This document shows, piece after piece, positions 20,149 through 27,418 of a stretch of 64,000 bases of DNA. The notes beneath the pieces are model-generated. The model had not been told where the DNA came from, made no database searches, and worked only from the letters and a program-made list of their open reading frames with translations. A program made the translations under genes and the position numbers. Origin of the DNA: an uncultured Rhodopirellula sp. GTDB lineage: Bacteria > Planctomycetota > Planctomycetia > Pirellulales > Pirellulaceae. The stretch lies in the NCBI GenBank assembly GCA_964007735.1, contig CAXGAI010000005.1, positions 1 through 64,000 on the forward strand. Reading direction: 5' to 3'. How positions within the stretch are numbered: position 1 is the first letter of the stretch; each line of letters opens with the position of its first letter.

Positions 20149-20220
20149 TGACCCCTAGGGGAATCGAACCCCTGTTGCCGGCGTGAAAAGCCGGAGTCCT
20201 AACCGCTAGACGAAGGGGCC
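20149..20220 (-). tRNA. tRNA-Glu (anticodon TTC)
   Basis: Reverse complement GGCCCCTTCGTCTAGCGGTTAGGACTCCGGCTTTTCACGCCGGCAACAGGGGTTCGATTCCCCTAGGGGTCA folds as a cloverleaf; anticodon arm CCGGC-TTTTCAC-GCCGG; T-loop GTTCGATTC; full CCA not encoded. Confidence 0.97.
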
Positions 20221-20456
20221 AGCGATTTGTGTGTCTTAGGTAAAATACCCAATGCTTATATGAAATAGCTGATTGTGGTTATCGTCAAGTAGGGGCAGCG
20301 AATTGGAATTTAATTTTTTGGAAAGTAACCAAAAAAAACAATTTCCCTGCTACTAAATTGCGTTACCACAGGCATGGGCATAGATTTAGCCGTGTCAAAA
20401 TGAGGACTTATCTGGAGACACAACTGTAGTGTTAAGAATGTGGGTGAGCCAATCGT

Positions 20457-20645
20457 TTACGGCTTCTCGGTAACGGCATCTTCGTTACGTTGAATGGCGT
20501 TAAAAACTTCCTGTCGATGGACGGGTACTTCCTTAGGAGCATCTACCCCTAATCGCACCTTATCGCCACGAATATCGACAACAACGATTGTAATGTCATT
20601 ATTAATAACAATACTCTCATTCTTTTTTCGTGACAGAACTAACAT
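20457..20645 (-). CDS. csrA: Carbon storage regulator CsrA (paralogue 2)
   Basis: MLVLSRKKNESIVIN...VRLGVDAPKEVPVHRQEV. Confidence 0.95.
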   Translation of the reverse strand: MLVLSRKKNESIVINNDITIVVVDIRGDKVRLGVDAPKEVPVHRQEVFNAIQRNEDAVTEKP

Positions 20646-20649
20646 TGCT

Positions 20650-20750
20650 CAGTCCTTTGGTTAAAAAATGTGATGATCCGTTATTCACTTAACATGAAAG
20701 AACCTGTTACAGGTGTTTTCCATGTTTTTAATGTTATTTTAGGTCCTTGA
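20650..20750 (-). promoter_or_regulatory. Putative autoregulatory csrA leader with four ANGGA sites and a hairpin
   Basis: Minus-strand AAGGA (20744-48), ATGGA (20719-23), ACGGA (20677-81) and AAGGA overlapping the SD (20653-57); imperfect inverted repeat at 20691-20726. Confidence 0.5.
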
Positions 20751-21266
20751 AACGCCTGAATACATCTGGAGTTGGTTTCAAAACAGCCACTTGGAGTAAC
20801 TGAACTGAATGGACTCACTGTCTACAGGAGTTACTTCACTCTACGACGTGTGTGGCAATGGTCAAGAAATACCAGGTTTCTTATCGCGTATTTGTCTAAA
20901 ACCCAGCCGTAATTGCGTTATAACCCTCAGAACTGGTCACTTTGGTGTGCTTTGCGGTTCACTAGCGGACTCGCCGACTCGAAGAATTGGTTATTAATCG
21001 ATAACTTTTTAGAGGCTCGTTGGCATTGTTCGATTGCGGGTGGATGTTTGGATTGGCGGTAATGTTTGGAGTTGGTTGGAGCAAGATTATTCCTTGGTTG
21101 AGATTGGAACCGTGTATGACCTCTGAAATTCTCTTTATCTTTAACCGTTTTAGCGCTTGATGGGGCTATTCTTATCCTACGCAAATAGATATTCTAATAC
21201 TCTTATGGGTTAGTTATTACCCTTTGTATATTCGCGCGTATATTTTGTTGTTAGTTCACTTCATCC

Positions 21267-21842
21267 ATGGAAGTTCCAGAACAAAGAGTTCGGTTTTCGC
21301 AGTCATTTAAACATTGGCTGGGGAACGTTATTAGTGTTTTCAAGACGACAATCAATGGGTTGCTGATTACTTTGCGTTATTGGCGGAAAACCTATGATCC
21401 AGATCGTCGCACTTTTACTGAGCATTACGAATACCCGGAAAAACCTGTTCCGGTGGCTCCGCGATACAGAGGTTTTCATCGTTACGACCTCACGACCTGT
21501 ATTGCTTGCGATGCATGTGCCAAAGCCTGTCCTGTCGATTGTATTTACATCGGTAAGGAAAAGGTCAAGGTTGGTAAGGGCTTTAAGATCACGGGCTACA
21601 CGATCGATTATTCGAAGTGTATGTTCTGTGCTCTCTGTGTGGAGCCATGTCCAGTGGATTGTATTTTCATGGGCGCTTCTCATGACTTGAGTTGCTACAG
21701 TCGTGACGGAACGATTGTCGATTACTCACGGTTGCCTTTGGATGTTAGTTGGGGACGCGCTACACTGAATCCTGCTGCTGTGGCTCAGTCGAAAGTGATT
21801 GTCCAACCTGTTCATCAGGGGCCTAATGAGGAGCAGTCGTAA
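21267..21842 (+). CDS. nuoI: Complex I subunit NuoI (2x[4Fe-4S])
   Basis: YPE...PRYRGFH, CIACDACAKACP and IDYSKCMFCALCVEPCP. Confidence 0.92.
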   Translation: MEVPEQRVRFSQSFKHWLGNVISVFKTTINGLLITLRYWRKTYDPDRRTFTEHYEYPEKPVPVAPRYRGFHRYDLTTCIACDACAKACPVDCIYIGKEKVKVGKGFKITGYTIDYSKCMFCALCVEPCPVDCIFMGASHDLSCYSRDGTIVDYSRLPLDVSWGRATLNPAAVAQSKVIVQPVHQGPNEEQS

Positions 21843-21888
21843 GCTCAGTTGCTAAGTCAGGAAAAGCCGTTCGCTTAGAGAATAAAAA

Positions 21889-22350
21889 ATGTCTCCGAAT
21901 CAAACACTAAAGTTGTTCACTGTTGAGCAGGCTAATGCTTCGCTGCCGTTGGTGCGCGCGATTACGAGTGATTTGGCAGAGTTGTCTTCAGTTGTGTTTG
22001 AACGCCAGCGTCACTTGGCAACGATTAGATCCGGGCGTGAGCTGGAAGAAGCAGCTGACCTTTATGCAGAAGAGGTGGTACACGAGCAAGCAGAGCTTGA
22101 ACGACAGACTGCCCGACTTCATGAATTAATTGATGAGTTACGAGCTCTAGGAGCAGAGCCAAAAAACGGACCAGATGGTCGAATCGATTTGGTTAATTTC
22201 CCGGCCGAAAAGGATGGGCGAGTGATTTATCTATGCTGGCGTATGGGGGAACCTTCGGTGGAGCATTGGCATGAAATAGATGCTGGCTTTAATGGTCGCC
22301 GTAGTGTTATCGAGTTAGTGGTGGAACAAGTTGCCGAAGGGCCTGCGTAA
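21889..22350 (+). CDS. DUF2203 family protein
   Basis: FTVEQANASLP, a coiled-coil middle, then LVNFPA...YLCWRMGE..VEHWH..DAGFNGRR. Confidence 0.85.
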   Translation: MSPNQTLKLFTVEQANASLPLVRAITSDLAELSSVVFERQRHLATIRSGRELEEAADLYAEEVVHEQAELERQTARLHELIDELRALGAEPKNGPDGRIDLVNFPAEKDGRVIYLCWRMGEPSVEHWHEIDAGFNGRRSVIELVVEQVAEGPA

Positions 22351-22387
22351 GGCTCCTGAGGGTGAACAGTTAATAAATGGAATCACA

Positions 22388-23008
22388 ATGGTATTTGCAC
22401 AAGCAACAACCGATGCAGTGGTAGCTTCAGCCGCGTTGGAGCCATCCGTCAGTCTCGTTGGTTACCTGGCATTGTTTGTAGGGATCGGCTTGGTTTTCGT
22501 TTTTGTTAACCTGTTGGTAGGTCGTTTTCTGCGTCCTCATAACCCGCATCAGGAAAAAGGTGAAATCTATGAATGTGGTGAACCTACGATTGGTTCCAGC
22601 TATGTTCAGTTTGACTTGCGATTTTATATCGTTGCCCTGCTCTTCATTATCTTTGATGTTGAAGTCGCTTTCTTCTTCCCGTGGGCAACTGTGTTTGGGA
22701 AGTCTGAGCAGTTGGCAGAGCTGGCAGATGCTGGCGGGGCAGTGGCTAATGCAGAGCTGACAGACGATGCAATTCGTTTGCTACAGGAAATGGGCGTGCC
22801 TAAGACATTGCAAACAATTCCCGCTCAAGGGCAGGATGCGATCGCTGAAAGTGCCAAAACATTATCGTATATCACCTTGATCGATATTGGCGTGTTCTTT
22901 GTCGTGCTAATGCTTGGTTTCTTTTATGTTTGGAAACGAGGTGACCTTGATTGGGTGAAGGCAGTTGTCAATGAACGCCGCCGTGATCGCACGCCAAGCG
23001 AGGCATAA
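22388..23008 (+). CDS. nuoA: Complex I subunit NuoA (with inserted loop)
   Basis: YECGEP, FYIVALLFIIFDVEVAFFFPWA and YVWKRGDLDW. Confidence 0.93.
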   Translation: MVFAQATTDAVVASAALEPSVSLVGYLALFVGIGLVFVFVNLLVGRFLRPHNPHQEKGEIYECGEPTIGSSYVQFDLRFYIVALLFIIFDVEVAFFFPWATVFGKSEQLAELADAGGAVANAELTDDAIRLLQEMGVPKTLQTIPAQGQDAIAESAKTLSYITLIDIGVFFVVLMLGFFYVWKRGDLDWVKAVVNERRRDRTPSEA

Positions 23009-23071
23009 GTTGATTTTCGCAAGGCACGCGGAGTGCAATTAGTAGAAGAGTGGAATAAGGTAAACCAATAA

Positions 23072-23602
23072 ATGAGTGACATCCCGCTAGTATCAGAACT
23101 TCGGGCGAAATTCGGCGAAGGTATCATTGATGTTAACCTCGAAGCGATTGATGAATGGGTTGAAGTGAACCCCGATGTCCTGGTCGAAGTTTGTCAGTTT
23201 CTCAAAGAAGCTGAAGGCTTCCTCTTTGATATGTGCAACAGCATTACGGTTGTGGATTATCTGCACACGGATCCAAAGAAAGCTGCTAAGGTTGATTGGG
23301 AGCCGCATTTGGAAGTGGTTTATCATTTAAGCAGCATTGCTACTAAGTTGACGTTGGTTCTCAAGGTTAAAATTCCCCGTTGGAAAAACGGTGTTGAAGG
23401 TGACCTGCCCACGGTGCCTTCTGTGGCAGGCGTTTGGGCTACAGCTGATTGGCATGAACGCGAAGCTTATGATTTATCAGGAGTGAACTTTTTGGGGCAT
23501 CCGAATCTGAAACGGATTCTTTGTCCTGATGATTGGGAAGGTTACCCACTTCGTAAAGATTACGAAATGCCATTGGAATATCATGGTATTCGGGGACGCT
23601 AG
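23072..23602 (+). CDS. nuoC: Complex I subunit NuoC
   Basis: ADWHEREAYDLSGVNFLGHPNLKRIL and GYPLRKDY. Confidence 0.94.
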   Translation: MSDIPLVSELRAKFGEGIIDVNLEAIDEWVEVNPDVLVEVCQFLKEAEGFLFDMCNSITVVDYLHTDPKKAAKVDWEPHLEVVYHLSSIATKLTLVLKVKIPRWKNGVEGDLPTVPSVAGVWATADWHEREAYDLSGVNFLGHPNLKRILCPDDWEGYPLRKDYEMPLEYHGIRGR

Positions 23603-23668
23603 TCAGAAAATAATTAAAAGCAGTTAGGTAGTAAAACCAGCAACGGTATTTGTGGAATAAATTCGAGT

Positions 23669-24907
23669 ATGGCCTCTTCAAAGATTGATGATCCTCGCGT
23701 AATTGAGTTTGACGTCCGAACGGATGAAATGCTCATTAATATGGGACCACAGCACCCCAGTACCCACGGTGTTTTGCGTCTTGTTTTGCGCACCGATGGT
23801 GAGGTCGTTTCCGATGTCGAACCTCACATCGGTTATCTTCATCGTTGTGCTGAAAAGATCGGTGAGAACCTTACCGCGCGTCAGTGGGTTCCCTACACCG
23901 ACCGAATGGACTATCTGGCTGCCATGAATATGAACCTTGGCTGGTCACTGGTTATCGAAAAAATGCTCGAGTATGACTTGCCTGAACGGGGGCGTCATCT
24001 GCGAGTTATTATTTCCGAAATGGGACGTATTGCCAGTCACTTAGTGGCGATGGGCACCTATGGTCTCGATCTTGGTTCCTTTACGCCGTTTCTTTATGGA
24101 TTCAGAGAGCGCGAAAAAATACTCAATTTGTTTGAAGAAGCCTGTGGCGCTCGACTGACCTACAGTTACCTGACTCCCGGCGGAGCAACGGCAGATTTAC
24201 CTGCAGATTGGACTGGTAAGTGTCGTCAGTTTCTCGCGGAATTTAAGGAAGTGATTCCTGAATTGCACACATTACTGACAACCAATTCGATCTTTGTGTC
24301 ACGAACAGCAGGCATTGGAGTGATGTCGGCCAAGATGGCTATTGATTATGGATGTACAGGTCCCGTGCTTCGCGGTAGCGGAGTCTATCATGACCTGCGT
24401 TTTCATGGTGAAGAACGATACACAGAGATGTACGATGGTTATGTTTTTGATGTGATTTGTGCAGATCCTGCAACGGGCAAGTATCCCGAGTCTAATTATG
24501 AATTCCATGGTGATTCATTGGATTACCCAGAGATTCCTCGTCAGGCTGTTTTGGGGGACTGCTGGCATCGGTTCTACGTTCGCATGCTTGAGGTTGTACA
24601 GTCTGTCCGATTGGTCGAACAGGCGATTGAAAAATATGAAGCTACTTCAGGTGATTGGGGTACCCCTATCAAGTTGGTACAGAAATTGCCCGTCAAAGAA
24701 GCTTATATGGAAACGGAAGCACCACGTGGGCAAATGGGCTTCTATGTGGTCGGTAACGGAGATTCAATTCCATGGCGAGTTCGTGCTCGAAGCAGTTCGT
24801 TCTGTAATCTTTCCGTAACCGCTCCGCTCTGTCAGGGAATCCTGCTGGCAGACATTCCGGCCATTGTCGGAAGCCTGGATGTGGTGATGGGGGAAATTGA
24901 CCGCTAA
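23669..24907 (+). CDS. nuoD: Complex I subunit NuoD
   Basis: NMGPQHPSTHGVLRL, GYLHR, DRMDY, EAPRG and C-terminal GEIDR; no Ni-binding CxxC pairs. Confidence 0.96.
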   Translation: MASSKIDDPRVIEFDVRTDEMLINMGPQHPSTHGVLRLVLRTDGEVVSDVEPHIGYLHRCAEKIGENLTARQWVPYTDRMDYLAAMNMNLGWSLVIEKMLEYDLPERGRHLRVIISEMGRIASHLVAMGTYGLDLGSFTPFLYGFREREKILNLFEEACGARLTYSYLTPGGATADLPADWTGKCRQFLAEFKEVIPELHTLLTTNSIFVSRTAGIGVMSAKMAIDYGCTGPVLRGSGVYHDLRFHGEERYTEMYDGYVFDVICADPATGKYPESNYEFHGDSLDYPEIPRQAVLGDCWHRFYVRMLEVVQSVRLVEQAIEKYEATSGDWGTPIKLVQKLPVKEAYMETEAPRGQMGFYVVGNGDSIPWRVRARSSSFCNLSVTAPLCQGILLADIPAIVGSLDVVMGEIDR

Positions 24908-24963
24908 GGCGGACAAATTTAGTTGTTATCGATTTAGAGACAATTAGGAATAAGGCCAGTTAG

Positions 24964-26307
24964 ATGGCAGATTTTGTAAATCAAATACTTACTTTAGAAG
25001 ATTCGTGGATCGGATATGTCGTGGCTGCCTTAGTGGCGGCTGTACTTATCCTGCACGTCGTCGCTGTGGGAGCACTGCTCTTTATTTGGATGGAGCGTAA
25101 AATCTCGGGCCGCATTCAGGACCGGTTGGGGCCCACACGCGTGGGGGGTAAATTCGGTTGGTTGCAGACCCTCGCCGACGGTATCAAACTGATTGCTAAA
25201 GAAGATGTCACACCGGATTTAGCAGATAAATTCCTTTTCAAAATCGCTCCCTATGTTGGCCTGGCCGCGAGCTATGCGGCCTTCATCGCTTTGCCGTTTG
25301 CAGACGGAGTTGTTGGTCAGCATGTGAATACGGCGGTCTTCTTTGTTTTGGCCGTACTCGGACTGGAAGTATTCAGCGTTATTCTGGCTGGCTATTCCTC
25401 GGGTTCGAAATGGTCGCTATTTGGTGCTATGCGTGAAGCCGCTCAGGTGGTTAGTTACGAGGTTCCGCTGGGTATGTGTGTTGTTGTTCCGGTCATGATT
25501 TGCGGAACAATGAATCTCACCACCATAGCAAATATGCAAGCTGGGTTTTTCACCAATTGGCTGGTCTTTAATGATCCGTTTACATTCCTGACAGCGATTG
25601 TTTACTTCACATGTGCAACCGCTGGTGTAAACCGAGCGCCGTTTGACTTGGCTGAAGCAGAAAGTGAACTGGTTGCTGGATTTCATACCGAGTACTCAGG
25701 TTTGCGATGGAGTTTGTTCTTCATGGCTGAATACAGTTCCATGTTTATTGTTGCCGCCTTGGCCAGCATCCTCTTTTTCGGCGGTTCACATGGGCCCATT
25801 CCGATTGCTGATGTTTTAGGATTGCTCTCGCTTGATAATCTCGGCAGTTCAGATCCAGCTTTTCACGTTTTCAATGAGGATGGGGGTGGTTTCTTTGCTT
25901 CATTGAACTTGGAAATAGCGATTGCAAGATTTCTTGGCGTTGCCAACCTTCTGCTCAAAGGTACCATCGGTGTCACTGTCATGATGTGGGTGCGGTGGTC
26001 ATTCCCGCGTCTTCGAATTGATCAGGTCATGACGATGTGTTTGAAGTACTGTGTGCCTTTGGCAGCAGTTGGGTTCCTGGGAGCAACTGCTTGGCAGGTA
26101 CTTGATTTGCCGACGGGTAACTCGCTGATGAATAGTCCCCGTTATTCACACCACGAACTCTGGACTGCCGATGACAGCGAGTCGACTGTCGAAGAAGCAT
26201 CGTCGAATGAAGTACAAACTCCTCATGAAGATGATACCCATGCTGCAGCAAAGGCGGTGAAATTAAAAACCGTACCTGTTTCAGTTGTGCAAGGAGGTGA
26301 ACGATAA
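24964..26307 (+). CDS. nuoH: Complex I subunit NuoH
   Basis: ERKISGRIQDRLGP, ADGIKL, AQVVSYE, RAPFDLAEAESELVAGFHTEYSG and PRLRIDQ. Confidence 0.96.
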   Translation: MADFVNQILTLEDSWIGYVVAALVAAVLILHVVAVGALLFIWMERKISGRIQDRLGPTRVGGKFGWLQTLADGIKLIAKEDVTPDLADKFLFKIAPYVGLAASYAAFIALPFADGVVGQHVNTAVFFVLAVLGLEVFSVILAGYSSGSKWSLFGAMREAAQVVSYEVPLGMCVVVPVMICGTMNLTTIANMQAGFFTNWLVFNDPFTFLTAIVYFTCATAGVNRAPFDLAEAESELVAGFHTEYSGLRWSLFFMAEYSSMFIVAALASILFFGGSHGPIPIADVLGLLSLDNLGSSDPAFHVFNEDGGGFFASLNLEIAIARFLGVANLLLKGTIGVTVMMWVRWSFPRLRIDQVMTMCLKYCVPLAAVGFLGATAWQVLDLPTGNSLMNSPRYSHHELWTADDSESTVEEASSNEVQTPHEDDTHAAAKAVKLKTVPVSVVQGGER

Positions 26308-27050
26308 TGGATTTATTCGCAGTAGCTTGGCCTTATTGGCACCAATTCTTCTTTATTATTTTCGCAGCAACAGCTGTTGGTTTTGGTTTTGGCGTCTTGC
26401 TAAGTAAAAATGTCGTTCGCATGGCGTTTTACCTCGTTCTCTCACTCGGCTCGACCGCCGGTTTGTTTTTTCTGGCGGGGGCTGAATTTGTTGGCGCAAT
26501 GCAGTTGATGATTTATGTCGGTGGGACGCTTGTCCTGTTGATTTTTGGGGTCATGCTCACCGCGCAAAAAGATTTTATCAATATGGATACTCACACACAG
26601 GATTGGATTCTGGCAACGATTGTGGGTGGTTCATTGTTAATGGTTTTGTTGTTTGCAGCTTTTGGCGCCGAGGATTGGAACACACCACAGGACCTCACAG
26701 ATGCGAAAGTGGAAGCTACGAAAGAAGCGACTCCACTTGGATTGGCTTTAACAGGGATTCGTGTAGATACATTGGGTGAAACAGATGACGCAGTACAGGG
26801 TGGTAAAGCAGGTTATCTGATGCCATTTATTATTGTATCGGTTCACCTATTGGTGGTTCTGATTGGCGCGGCCTATATGGCTCGAACCAAAAAGCTTTCA
26901 CACGCTACGGATGATAAGAGTAGCCGAGCAAAGCTGATGTTGTTCAAGATGGAACACGAGGCAGAACTGCTGGAAGAAGAAACATATGTAGTTACTCATC
27001 GAGGGCAGTCAGCACTGAATCCGCTGGATCCTCAGGATGATGAAAACTAG
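26307..27050 (+). CDS. nuoJ: Complex I subunit NuoJ
   Basis: AEFVGAMQLMIYVGGTLVLLIFGVML and LLVVLIGA; start overlaps the nuoH stop. Confidence 0.92.
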   Translation: MDLFAVAWPYWHQFFFIIFAATAVGFGFGVLLSKNVVRMAFYLVLSLGSTAGLFFLAGAEFVGAMQLMIYVGGTLVLLIFGVMLTAQKDFINMDTHTQDWILATIVGGSLLMVLLFAAFGAEDWNTPQDLTDAKVEATKEATPLGLALTGIRVDTLGETDDAVQGGKAGYLMPFIIVSVHLLVVLIGAAYMARTKKLSHATDDKSSRAKLMLFKMEHEAELLEEETYVVTHRGQSALNPLDPQDDEN

Positions 27051-27070
27051 GCATTCACTAAAGAGAGTGA

Positions 27071-27418
27071 TTGGAATTCAAAATGTTATTGATTGGGACA
27101 GTTTCCGTTTCCTGGTACCTAGCAGTAGGAGCCGTGCTATTTGTGCTTGGCGCCGTATGTATGGCCACAAAACGCAACTTGTTGGGAGTGTTGATGGGTG
27201 TTGAACTAGTCCTCAATGGTGCCAACATGAACTTCATTGCATTTGGAAGTAAAGTGCTTCGTCCGCAAGGATCTTTAGGACTGGACGGTCAATTGATCGC
27301 CTTGTTTGTAATTGTCTTGGCAGCGGCTGAAGCTGCGGTGGCGTTGGCGATTGCGTTGAATTTTTATAACAACCACAACACTGTGGACGTCGATAGAGCA
27401 AACGAGTTAAACGGCTAA
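27071..27418 (+). CDS. nuoK: Complex I subunit NuoK
   Basis: RNLL..LMGVELVLNGAN and AAAEAAVALA. Confidence 0.94.
   Translation: MEFKMLLIGTVSVSWYLAVGAVLFVLGAVCMATKRNLLGVLMGVELVLNGANMNFIAFGSKVLRPQGSLGLDGQLIALFVIVLAAAEAAVALAIALNFYNNHNTVDVDRANELNG

Noticed and set aside
20149..20220. tRNA-Glu as an island integration site
   Set aside because: No integrase nearby, no duplicated tRNA 3' end noticed, and the flanks are housekeeping genes
20646..21266. Hidden or frameshifted nuoB upstream of nuoI
   Set aside because: Only short ORFs without NuoB motifs; the region is AT-rich and looks regulatory
23669..24907. Group 4 [NiFe]-hydrogenase large subunit (suggested by missing NuoEFG and His-rich loops)
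   Set aside because: No N- or C-terminal CxxC nickel ligands; ends in GEIDR and has the quinone-site His and Tyr of NuoD
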